DNA of 64,000 bases from Selaginella moellendorffii (taxonomy: Eukaryota; Plantae; Lycopodiophyta). Below the pieces are notes generated by a model. It saw nothing but the letters and a program-made list of their open reading frames with translations. It ran no database searches and was not told the origin of the DNA. Shown piece by piece: positions 12,482 to 24,419 of this stretch. Numbering within the stretch: position 1 is the stretch's first letter; each line of letters begins with the position of its first letter. Made by a program: the position numbers and the translations under genes. The stretch is from assembly GCF_000143415.4 (NCBI RefSeq), contig NW_003314455.1:1-64000 (forward strand). Reading direction: 5' to 3'.

Positions 12482-13476
12482 TGTAAGCTCCTGAGATTTG
12501 GACTTCCCGGGAGGTCACCCAGCCCAGTACTATTCACACCCAAGGACGCTTAACCCTAAATATCCCAAGACCCTTAACCGTTTGGAAAAGGGGGTGCACT
12601 CTTATTCATGGGCCCTTTCCCTCTATATTTGAACCCCATGGATCGTCTCTCAAGTCGTTCCCTTTGGTTGCTTACAATCCACCACGCTTCCCTGCAAGTT
12701 CACGCCCTCGTGAACGGAAGCTGAGAGCCGCAGCTCTCCCGAGAGCCCCGCTCTCTTGACACCCTACCCCTCGGGTCGAGCCCAACGGGAGCAAACTGGA
12801 CCAGCCAGATGTCAATCAACATGTGGTGCGATTCCCCTAGCCAACCAACAGAGTCGGACCCGAGACCGCTCTGATACCAAATGTAAGCTCCTGAGATTTG
12901 GACTTCCCGGGAGGTCACCCAGCCCAGTACTATTCACACCCAAGGACGCTTAACCCTAAATATCCCAAGACCCTTAACCGTTTGGAAAAGGGGGTGCACT
13001 CTTATTCATGGGCCCTTTCCCTCTATATTTGAACCCCATGGATCGTCTCTCAAGTCGTTCCCTTTGGTTGCTTACAATCCACCACGCTTCCCTGCAAGTT
13101 CACGCCCTCGTGAACAGAAGCTGAGAGCCGCAGCTCTCCCGAGAGCCCCGCTCTCTTGACACCCTACCCCTCGGGTCGAGCCCAACGGGAGCAAACTGGA
13201 CCAGCCAGATGTCAATCAACATGTGGTGCGATTCCCCTAGCCAACCAACAGAGTCGGACCCGAGACCGCTCTGATACCAAATGTAAGCTCCTGAGATTTG
13301 GACTTCCCGGGAGGTCACCCAGCCCAGTACTATTCACACCCAAGGACGCTTAACCCCAAATATCCCAAGACCCTTAACCGTTTGGAAAAGGGGGTGCACT
13401 CTTATTCATGGGCCCTTTCCCTCTATATTTGAACCCCATGGATCGTCTCTCAAGTCGTTCCCTTTGGTTGCTTACA
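12482..13476 (-). mobile_element. Tandem-array Cassandra-type TRIM (3 LTRs + 2 internal domains), LTRs carrying a 5S rRNA-derived segment
   Basis: 195-bp LTRs at 12482-12676, 12882-13076 and 13282-13476 (TGTAAG...CTTACA), period 400 bp. PBS TGGTATCAGAGC (minus, 12868-12879 and 13268-13279); PPT GGGAAGCGTGGTGGAT. The 5S-like core GTTAAGCGTCCTTGGGTGTGAATAGTACTGGGCTGGGTGACCTCCCGGGAAGTCC is on the minus strand. Confidence 0.95.
12500..12554 (-). promoter_or_regulatory. 5S rRNA-derived internal control region (A box-IE-C box) in a Cassandra LTR; repeated at 12900-12954 and 13300-13354
   Basis: Roughly 48/55 identity to the 3' half of plant 5S rRNA as recalled from consensus. Not a full 5S gene. 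Confidence 0.9.
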
Positions 13477-15099
13477 ACTGATCATTGCCATTGTTTCCAC
13501 CAGACGCTAGAAAACATATGGGGCACTTCTTGAAAGTAGCAGAATTGCACTTTTCTAAAACAAGTAAGAGGGCATTCTTTTTCACCCAATTTGTTGCACC
13601 CTTTGTCATTGCATTTATCTCCAACTCATTATCACTATCCTCATTATCCTCTCTTTCATTCTCTTGTGTGATTTGGTTATGCTGTGCAATGGGATAGTTA
13701 TTGCATCTCCTAGCCCTTGAGCCCTGGGAAGAAAGATTGTGAGAGTTAAAATTACCAACACTAGAACCCATAGACATTTGTGGGTGTATTTCCCTTTTTT
13801 CGAATGAGAGTGTGAATGAAGATCTATAAATTCTAGACAATATGCTACGACAAACCCCTCAAGAATGTATTCTACAAAGAACCAAGTCTTTCTTTTATAT
13901 GCAATAAGCTTACATCAATGGTTATTTTTTTTCCTTTCAAACGGTTATATGGCTTCACATAGAATCTTATTTCAAATTTAATAATTTTTTAATTCTGACA
14001 AACCTAACATTTACTAGCCAGAAAGCATGGAGTACAAATTTAAAGAAGTGACAAGAATACTCTTTTTGCAAACATTTTATTTTATGTTCTAACAAATGTC
14101 CCTATCATTGCATGTAGTAAATATTTAAATTATTAGAACAAAAAGTGTTCTTTAGAACATTTTTGTCTATATAATATATAGAGAGTTATTAAATTATTAG
14201 GTTCGCCATAACCTTAAAATTTTAAAATTTATAATGTTTGTACTAAATTACAATTGAAAATTGAGCTCAACTCGTGAGCTCAACTCTTCAACTCGTGAGC
14301 TCAAGTATGGTCCACGCCCGTGCTTTCAAGTAATCCCACCATGTCAAGAGCAAAAACTTGTAAAAACATGTGGCATTACTCATGAAGTGCTGAAAGCAAT
14401 CTTATATGAAGGTGAAGGTGGAATGTTGGTAGAATTTGGGGATGGAAGTGGAGATTGATATGAAATGCTGGGGGCCAAGTATGAGTAGCAGTGACTTTCC
14501 TTCGAGCCATTTCAATACAAACTTCCAAGGAGCTTAAGGAGAATAAAAAAACTATGATGACTATAACTTTTCTAGATAGTATATATTAAATTTTAGTCTT
14601 GGGAATGAGGTTTATTTATTATGATACTAACAATACTCAGATTCTTTAAATGTCAATCTTGGAAATAGAGCTTTATAATCATAGCTTGCTTGTAGACATA
14701 AGAGCTTCTAGAATTTTAAATTATCATATATACACATGCTTTATCATTATGATGAAATCCTACTTTGCTACACATATATTCTTTTCTACATATGCTAAAC
14801 ATTTAGGGAAATAGACTACAAGGAAATATAGACTATATTATAGTGGTAGAGCATATTGGCATGCTACCATTCTCTTATGTGACATTGCCTTTCAGTTTTG
14901 GAAAAGTAGATAAAGTTGATTCTTTGATGTGATATTACTTTTGAGTCTTTCGAAAGATTTCAATTTCTTTTATTATTATTCACAAACAACTCCCAAAAAC
15001 TTTTAATGAGGACTCACTTCAAAAATATACTTTGGTCTTATCATATGAGAGGATTGCGATATAGGCAGGCAATAGAGTTTTTTATATGAATTAATATGT

Positions 15100-18000
15100 A
15101 AATTACAAATGTCATAGAAAGTTTTATAGAGTAGAGTTTTTGGTGTTTTCCACCATAATATTCATTTTTTCATTTCTCTTTTTTTGGATTGTTATTTCAG
15201 AAGTAATAAGAGCATTTTTATCAATTGTGATAGTGGTCTCCATATTCCCAAATGGGTAGGTAATAAGGACCAAGAGTGTAATATGGAGATTATGGTAGTG
15301 AAACAAAATTAACATTCTCACATTCTTTTGCATTACAACTCTTATTTATAAATTTTGTATTTTTCTTGCTTCCCATCTTCTCAAAAACCCTAAAAAATCT
15401 TTTGAATAAAGGAATAGTATCTACAGTTGTAAAAGTATTCAAAATATTAAATAGTCAAATCAAAATATGACAGCTGTAACAATAGTCATAATAAAATAAT
15501 ATAGCTTTACAAAAGATAGGTTTTTATGAACTTTATCTTTTTTAAACAATTCAATCTTATAAAAACTTTTAACTCAGATATTTACATATTTAAATACTTT
15601 AAAGTTTGCTAGAACCTTCATTTGTTCAATTTAGACTTCCTTTGTAAGACTTTTAGTTGACCGTGTTGACTTGAGTTGACTTGTGTTGAATTGAGCTCAA
15701 CTCCAACTTTCAACCATCCCCACATGATAGCAAACGTGTTTGGCAAATACAGTAAATTATCATTTTGCGATATTGAAAGATTAATCTCAATACGAAAGGG
15801 TTCTTGTCAAACTAGTGCAAGATAGAACAAGAGAGAATTTAGAGCCAAGCCAAGTATGCTCAACAAGAAACTTATAGGAGTTTCTATCTTATGTTCATTT
15901 GGCTAAGTATAGATGAGAAACCCAATTTACTAACACTTGATCAAAAGGGGCTGAAGGTAATTACCAATAACAACCTCTTGCCATTGTGGCAGTAAAGATT
16001 AGCCAACAAGTAACATTTAATATTTATACTCACCATTCACAACAATACATTTATTTTTCTTTAAGCCCAAGATCTCAACTATAAAATCATCATTGGAAAG
16101 GATATGGTCTGAATACAAAACACCACTTGATCAACAGAAAATATTTAACAAAACATTTTCATCCAACAAATAAATAATAATATACTCTTGTCATCACAGG
16201 AAAGATTTTATTAAATTATAAACTACAAAAATAAGAAGAAAATTATACAATTAACTCCTTTAACTATCATTTTAATGCATTTTGTCAAATGAGATCTAAC
16301 CTACCTCACATTCTAATAGTTTATCCTTGATTTTGATGTTTTATATACACTATAAGAAGCAAGAATTACCTATACTAAGTACTATAAATTCATCATTTGA
16401 ATCAATTTCAAATACCAATATTTTTTATCAATATCATCACCACTTAATAGGGATTAATCAATATAGCATTTCTCCAACTGTACAAAAACATTGTGTTGCT
16501 AAAGGTGTTAGAAAGTAAGACAAAGATAATAGTTATACTCTTTTTGAGTCTCAAAGAAGATAAAAATATTATCTAAATGAATGACAATAACAAAATCAAG
16601 AAAATCAATATGTTGAAAAATAACAAGAGTGTTGGTTAAACTAAAAAGTATCATTATATACTTTAAATAGTCATAACAAGTACAAAAATTATTTTCTACT
16701 CATCACCCTCCTAAAAGTGGATAAGGTTACAAAAAGCAATAAATGAAGTTTACTATTTGCTCTCTTTTGCAATAAAAGAAAAATCTATAACATCTTCCTT
16801 AAAAAAATGATTTTATGTTAATGAAAGTTAGAGTGAATGTAAATACAAACTTAAAATATCAAAAGAAGTTTAATCAGTAGGAAACCATACAAAATTAATA
16901 TTTTTTATATGAGTTACATTAGAAGGAGAGTGATTTTGGAGAAGTCCCAAATCAAGTGTCAATAAAAGTTCACAAAACCAAAAGAGTTTTAAATATCATG
17001 AATAAAAGTTGAGTGTTGTCACTTAAGAATGGTAGAAACCTTGGTAGGATGTTGCATGAGGAAACAATATAGCCAAAAAACTTTATTGAATTATAATCAA
17101 AATAACATTTCTTTAACTTTGTAAAAATGCTATATTATTGAAGGTGCTAGAGAACAAAATGAACATGATGGTTATACTTTTCTTAGAAGGTAAAAATGTT
17201 ATCAAGATAAATGATAATAAAAATATCAAGAAAATCACAAAAGATATTACTTGCCATATATTAAAAAATAATAATGGTATTGGTTAAACCAAAAAACATC
17301 ACAAGTTCAAGTTTTCTAAGGTTTAGCTATTTACTTTCTCAATCTTTGCTTTGATGAATATAAAAGAGTCAAGAACCTAACAGCTTACTTGTGGTTGCAT
17401 TGGGAAGAGATAAGAGGGATCACTTAGGATAGCACTCCATTATGATGAGTGGAATCAAAGGAGTGAGTAGTTAGATGATTTTAAATCACAACAAAATTGT
17501 AGCTTCCAAGCATGACATGAGTAGAGAAATTATCTTAGTTAGCTAAGATTTAGTTGTTATTAAGAAACTTGTGGCACTATCTACTGTATGATGTTGCTCT
17601 TTTATAAGGCCACAATATGGTTTAAAATCTTAACCATTAACTACTTTCCGGATTAAATTATAGAGAATGCAACATCCTACTAATCACAAGATCCTCATTA
17701 TTGGCTAAAGGGATCACACCACATGTTGAGATTAACATCTGATAGTTCCAATTTACATTTAGCTGGGCTCGACTTGAGGGGTAAGATATTAAGAGATTGT
17801 TATTCTTGAAAGAGTTGTAGCTCTCAACTTTCATTCATAAGAGTGTGAACTTGTAAGAAAGTGTAATGGATTATAAGCAACCAAAAAGAATGATTTGAAA
17901 AACGATATATAGAAGTTCAAATATAAAGAGAAAGAGTACATGAATAAAAATTCTTTTCTAATTGGTTAAGAGTTTTAAAATACTTAAAGTTAAATGTCTT

Positions 18001-20800
18001 TTAGGTTTAAATAATACTAAACTAGGTGACCTCTTGGTCTGAATCCAAATTCAAGAGCTTATATAGGGCTCAAGAACTACAATTACCCATCGTGCATAGT
18101 TATAGAGGAGAAAAATTTACTTCTTTTAATCGGTTAAAGGTTTTGGGATACTTAAAGCTAAATATCATTAATTTGAATAGTACTGAACCAGATGACCTCC
18201 TGATCTGAATCCAAATTTAAAAGCTTATATAGGGCTCAAGAGTTACAATTACCTATCATGCACAGCTATAGAGGAGAAAAATCCACTTCTCTCAATCTAA
18301 CTTAAGTAATGACTTCTTTATTCATGTTTTACACTCTCTTTCTTTTAAGCTAAGCAATTTTGTAATAGTAAGTTGCAAACAAGATGAAGTTATATATCAA
18401 AATATATTTCTTTATCTTAATTGTTGCTCTTAAACCTTTTCTAATTGGTTTGTAGTCATATAAATATTACAAGTAGTGACTTGTTATACAAATTAAATCT
18501 TAAGTTCTTAAACTCTTGGATAAAAATATCTTAAACTTCTCAAATATTGGTAGTATGTATGATTGGAGTGGTAACACCATGCAATAGAATGGCTATCAAG
18601 GATGTGATGTTAAAGTATACTATCCATGATCTTTAGTGCTTTTTTCTTACACCAAGCACTATTGCTTTAATTGTTAGATTTTGAATGGATGGATTACATC
18701 TAAAGGCTATCTGATGTGAGAGAATTTATTCTTGTGCTTGGTTTAGAAAGTTTGAAGATTGTGGAATGACATATAGTTGTGATGGGAGGAGCAATTGTCA
18801 AATGAACTTCCAGCTCATAAATACTTAATTACCTTGCTCAATATTATGCTAGTTAAATAGTGATTATCATCACTATCTTGTTTCAGAGAGCAAATACAAA
18901 TGTCACACAACCATCTCAATTAGAATGTTGAAAACAACTAATTATATCAAACCATTTCCTATAACCAAATATATCAAAATATAAAAGGCCTCAACTATAA
19001 AATCATCATTAGAGAGGATATGGTTTGAATAAGAAATACCATCTGATAAAAAAATGTTTAATAAAAAAACTTTTATCCAACAAATCAATCATGCTTTACT
19101 CCTTATTAACAATTCATCATAGGAAAAAATTTATTAAAATAAACACCTTCAAATTACAAAAATAAGAAGAAAATTTATACAATTAACTCCTTTAAATTTC
19201 ATACTTTGCTTTAGGTGCTATCTTATCATAATAGAGAGCAAAAAAAGCTTTAGTAAATTATTTTTTAAAACCTCATTTGCAAATAGTGAGCTTTATTAGA
19301 TTGTTATTCAAACCCTTATCCACATTTGGGAGGGTGATGAATAGAAAATAACCTTTCGTACTTGTTATAGTTATTTTGAGTGCACAGTGATGCATTTTCG
19401 TTTAACTAACACTTTATTGTTATTTACATATAATAAATAATATATTTTATGAGTTTTTTAATCCCTTTATTATCAATTTTTTTTATAACATTATTATCTT
19501 CTCTGAGACTTAAGAAGAACATAACTATCATGTTTATATTTTTCTTTAGTATCTTCAATAATGTAATTTTTTTATAAACTTGGAAAAATGTTATTTTGAT
19601 TAAAATTCAATAGAGTTTTCTGGGTATATTATTTCCTTATGCAAAATTATTATAAATAATGCTAACTTTTTTACTATTCATAAGTGGCAATAAAAAATTT
19701 TTATACTTGATTTTCAATATTTTCTTAATTTTATAAACTTTTATAAACACTTCATTTAGGACTTCTTCAAAATAACTCTGCTTTTCACATGACTCACTAG
19801 AAAAAAATACAACTTTTATTTAGTTTTATTTACTTCTACTGTAATTCTTATCCATCTGTATAATATAGAGCCATATTTTGTTAAAATAGATGTTTCAAAT
19901 TTTCATTTATGTGCTATTTTGTTGTAAGAGAAACCAAATAGTGAGTTTAACTTAATTTATTTTTATAATCTCACATACATTTGAGAGAAACAAGTTTTTA
20001 TACTTGTTATGGCCATTTTGAGTATATAGTCATGTTTTTTGGTTTAACTAACACTTCTGTTGTTTCTCAATATATGGTAAATAACACTTTTTATATTTTT
20101 TTTGATCTTTTTATTATTATTTATTTTCATAATATTCTTATTTTCTTTAAAACTTTAAATTTCTTAAACAAAAACAGTTTTATATTGTTTAGGTAGATTA
20201 GGACTAAAATGGAAGTACATATAAACTTTAAAAAATCAAAAAAAAAAATTGGCAATAGAAAACCATACAAAAGTAACATCTTTTATAATGGAATTATGTT
20301 AGAAGGAGAATAATTTTTGAGAAGTCTTAAATAAAATGCCAATAAAAGTTTACAAAGCCAAAGAATTATTAAGCATCACAAATAGAAATTGAGTGTTGCC
20401 ATTCAAGAATGGTGAAAACCTTAGCAAAATGTTATATAAGGAAATAATAAAGCTCAAAAACTCTATTAAATTTTAATTAAAATAACATTTCTCTAACTTT
20501 TTAGAAAATGCCATATTTTTTAAAGTGCTAGAGAACAAATTAAACATGATGGTTATGCTCTTCCTAAGTTTAAGAGAAGATAAGAATGTCATCAAGATAG
20601 ATAATAATAAAAAGATAAAGAAAATCAAGAAAAATATCATTTGCCATATATCAAAAAATAATAAAGGAACTGGCCAAATCTAAAAGTATTAGCATATATT
20701 TAAAGTGGTTATAACAAGTGTAAAAGGGTATTTTGCATTTATAACCTCCCAAATAAAAATGAGGTTGTAAGCACCACACAGATCAATTTTCATGAAAAAC
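15100..20800. mobile_element. Highly eroded Ty3/gypsy pol (RT) relics, several copies in both orientations
   Basis: 19981-20160(+) reads ETSFYTCYGHFEYIVMFFGLTNTSVVSQYM...IIIYFHNILIF, versus RT consensus KTAFRTRYGHFEYxVMPFGLTNAP...YLDDILIF. Related copies at ~16430-16730(-), ~16880-17300(-), ~19290-19810(+) and ~20240-20800(-). Confidence 0.8.
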
Positions 20801-21527
20801 TAGGCCTTGAAGAGCTGCTTCAACATCTAAAGGATAATCAAAGTCATAAAATAGTGACTTGTAATAGTCCACAACCAAATGAAAAGCCCCATCCTTCATT
20901 TATGTTTTGACATATTTGGTTATAGCAAATGATTTGATATAATTACTTGGTTGTATGACATTTATATTTACCCTCACAAATATAGTTCTCCCTAGGTGAA
21001 AACCTAGGCTCTACAAAATCTGCTTGCTAGTTAAATAGTGATCTTATGCTTAAATAGCATAACTGAGGTTATCACCTCTTTCTATGACACTTTAATGACT
21101 TTCATAAATATAGTGTATAGCAAGCTGATTTCTAATATTGAGCAGGTTAATCAATTGTTTATGGGCTGCAAAGTTCATTTGGCAATTGTTCCTCTCTATT
21201 GTAGCAATGAGTCATTCCATAGTCTTCAAACTTTCTAAACTAAACACAAAAAGAAATTATAACCTTTAAATTTAAAATATCCATTCAAAATCTAATAATA
21301 ATGTATATAACAAGTAATTGTTTGTAGACAACAAATCAATTTGAAAAGCAACAGTTACATAAATATATTCTTATATAACTTCATTAACGTATTGTTACAA
21401 AACTGCCCAGCTTAAGAGAGAGAGCGTATAACACAAACAAAGAGGTTCACTTCTCAAGGCAGCTTGAGAGAAGTAGATTTTTCTCCTCTATAACTGTGCA
21501 TATGAACAATTATAACTCTTGAGCCCT
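18230..21527. repeat. Large diverged inverted duplication (arms ~18230-19810 and ~20240-21527)
   Basis: AGGGCTCAAGAGTTACAATT...TTTAGAAAGTTTGAAGA...AAATGAACTT blocks at 18231-18845 are matched in reverse complement at 21527-21130. The RT copies are also inverted. Confidence 0.75.
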
Positions 21528-22075
21528 GTTGTGGTACCATAGTACTTATGTTAAGGTGAATGCCAGTAAGGCCACAACCTTGCTTACATTCACCTTGACA
21601 CAGCTACTGTGGTACTACTTCTAGCACGACTTTGCAAGTGATCTGGCCTTGCTTGCATTATTTTGGCATAGCTACCATGGTACCATTTCTAGCATGAGCT
21701 GCAAGCAATCCAAAACTGGGACGTGTTGTCAACAACGCAACACATCTTAGTCTTGGATCACTTGCAACTTGCGCAAATCATGAGGATCAACACAAATCTC
21801 ACAAAATGCCTCCTTATCCTCCTCAGAGTTCTCTTCCACCTCTTCTTCCTCTTCTTCATCCTCTTTCTTTCACCACCTGTTGCCTCTTCCTCATCCTCTT
21901 TCTTTCACCACCTGTTGTTGTTGCTGCTGCTGCGAGCAACTTACATGCTGAAGATCTTCATGAATCTTTGGAATTTCGAGCAAAAGAAAGAAAACCTTTT
22001 TTTCTCTTAGTTTTGCTGCTAAAAAAACCAAAAATCTGCTTAAAGCCAAAAACTTCAGCCTTGAGAAGACCTGGA
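21390..22075 (-). pseudogene. Scrambled, degenerate partial copy of the Alfin-like gene 3' region (PHD exon, last intron, 3' UTR)
   Basis: CAAAACTGGGACGTGTTGT, GAGGATCAACACAAATC and CCTCCTCAGAGTTCTCTTCCACCTCTTCTTC match 24543-24632. Internal duplications and an inverted fragment near 21530-21575. Confidence 0.85.
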
Positions 22076-22420
22076 TAGCTAAATCTCAGCTAGCTAGGGC
22101 AAATTTCTCTACTCATGTCATAAGTGTGGTGCTTGGAAACTATAGTTTTGTTGCGATCCAAGATCATCCAACTGCTGACTACCTGGATTCCCATCATAAT
22201 AGAGCATTGATTCCCATCACAATAGAGTGTTGTCCCCAGAGATCCCTCTATCTCTTCCCTTCCCAGCAACAGCCACAAGTAAGCTGCTCACTTCTCAAAT
22301 TCTTCATATACATTGAAGCACTGATTGAACACCCAGACCATAGGAGACTGGATTGTAGAGGTCGATTGATTTTTTTGACTAATCCAGGGGTTTGCGCCGC
22401 ACTTAGGGGTTTTGTTAGCG

Positions 22421-24127
22421 ATGTCGAGCGCGGGCGCGACAGTGAAGGCACCAGATGGTCGCGTGATCCTGCATGCAGATGCCTATCCGGGCGCGGTGGT
22501 GGCTCATGTTTTGAGGACCCTGGAGCTGGATGGTTGGAAGGGCTATCTCATTTCTGATTCAGGGACACGATTGCTTCTCGATACACCAGTTGCGGATGGA
22601 TTTACGTGCACTTTCATCCAGGTGAGTGCACTTTTGCGTGTTTTACTACCGCATCTGTGTTAATGCCTTTGTTTGCAGACGGAGCCTGCGGACAACGAGT
22701 GGATCAGGCGCCATAAGAAGCTGCGTTCTGCACCTGAAGTGGCAAAGTCCCTTTCGGAAATGCGCCAGCATCTGGGAACAGATGATCCAATTTACAACCT
22801 TGGGCGGACCTCTGCAGTCACCACACCTCTCGTGCTGGTGAGCAAGGCATTCGGCTGCTACGCCAGGCTTTTCAGGTGCCATGCTCTAAGTACAAGGGAC
22901 TGGGAGTTCGTGAAGGATATGATGGACGGGATGAGTGCTTATTATGACGACGAACGAGCTCGGCAGCACGCGTTTACTCTGTTACTGGAGAATTACGTCA
23001 ACTTCAGCTGTCCTGGTATGTGCTTTCGATTCAAGGAAGCTCGTCCGGGCGAGTCCGAACCAGATATTTTGGTGGAGGCATATGTTGCGGAAGAATGGTT
23101 GCTGATAGCGATTGTTGAGGTTAAGCCAGAGAGTGGCTTCAATGGAGATCCTAGCGTCGAATTGGCCAAGTACTATGCAGATGCTACGGTTGAGAAGAGA
23201 CGTATGCGGCACTGGAGTTTTGAGCGGTCTTGCTGCCCGGTTCTAGCATTGGAACTTGTTGGTCCGCTTCTGAGAGTTGGCGGTCTTGCTCATTTCACGG
23301 ACAAGCCGGCTCACGAGCCGTTTACACCGTTCCTACACATGCTCAAGTACCTCCAAGATGAAGACCACCTTCAACTCCTTTCCAGAGCCTTAGCTGCCAT
23401 TCCAGCGACAATCAGCTCTTTAGTGCAGTCCTACGTGACTCTCAGCGGCTTGCAGGTGCAACAGGGGCCGCAGAGGGACCCGTCCATCGACTTCCCGTAC
23501 TTCATCACAGATGCACGGGCTCCGGTGGTCACTCGGTTTGTACGCGAGAGTAGCTCGCTGCAAATGAGGGAGCAGCAGCTTGTGTTCTATACGCGGAATG
23601 CTGCTGGTGAACGAAAGATCGTCAAGTTCTGCCAGAGATATGGCTTGCAGGTGCACCAGCAATGGGCCGAGGATGGCTATGCTCCCCGTTTCCAGCACCA
23701 GGGTCTTGATGGAGGCTGGCTGGTGATTTCCATGGACTACTATGCTGCAGAGGATGGGTGGCGGCCAGTGACAGAGCTCGACCCGCGAGAGATGGTTGTT
23801 GGTCATGGAAATGCTGTGGAGGAGGCTAACAAATACAGGTTGGCGCCTTCGGACTGGGAAGAGTGCAAGATGGCAGTGAAGAATGCGTATCAGGTATTGC
23901 ATTCTCGTTACCCGCTCTGGGTTCACGGTGATCTAAGGAGGCAAAACATCTTCTACAATGTCAAGACTTCCCAGGTGGCCTTTATTGATTTCGATTGGGC
24001 TGGCATCCATGGCAAAGAACGATATCCACTCTGGATAAATCCGCTACTACAGTGGCCCCCTGGAGTCAAAGGGGGTGGGATCATCCTTGCTGAGCATGAT
24101 CAACAGCTCCTTGATATTGAGCTTTGA
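22421..24127 (+). CDS. Crinkler/RHS-like protein: short N-terminal header + PD-(D/E)xK nuclease-like domain + atypical protein kinase (549 aa)
   Basis: Exon 1 22421-22621, GT-AG intron 22622-22678, exon 2 22679-24127. Motifs SEPD...IVEVKPESG...ELAKYY (REase fold), then KIVKF, HGDLRRQNI and IDFDWAG...RYP...N...WP (kinase). Confidence 0.8.
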
Positions 24128-24419
24128 TTGAGTTGTTCTGTTTTTTTCATGATGGCATTAGGATTCACAAAGTGTTTCTTCTATTGCAAAAAAAGAATTA
24201 CGACTGCCATAGGGATTTTTTGATAAATTAGGATATTATTTCCTTCTATCTTTTACCTTGGGGAAAACTGAGAAGCTGTTACAAAACTGGCTGGACAAAG
24301 CCCAGGAAAAGAGAAAGAAAAAAGAGAGAGTGTACATACAAGAACAAAGAGGAGAAAGAGAGCACTCACTCACCATCCAAGAGTTGGAGATTTTTCTCCT
24401 CCACGGCTCAATGGATCAA

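Larger units (their letters stand above)
5069..13777 (-). pseudogene. Small C2H2-type Zn-finger gene (~150 aa) interrupted by two LTR elements
   Basis: Joining 13777-13482 to 5225-5069 (one TSD copy kept) gives an uninterrupted frame ...KKCPICFLASGGNNGNDQYDGIYALATHCNIMHPKDYYEIFYEMVKTEMETHEYYGQYCEKNTRKHIK*. Confidence 0.75.

Noticed and set aside
12482-13476. Possible 5S rDNA array or CRISPR-like array (400-bp period)
   Set aside because: Only ~55 nt of 5S is present, inside TG...CA LTRs with PBS and PPT, and the inter-repeat segments are near-identical. It is a tandem TRIM.
14255-14320. GAGCTCAACTC repeats as the right TIR of the MULE
   Set aside because: Similarity to the left end is about 10 bp and no TSD could be identified.
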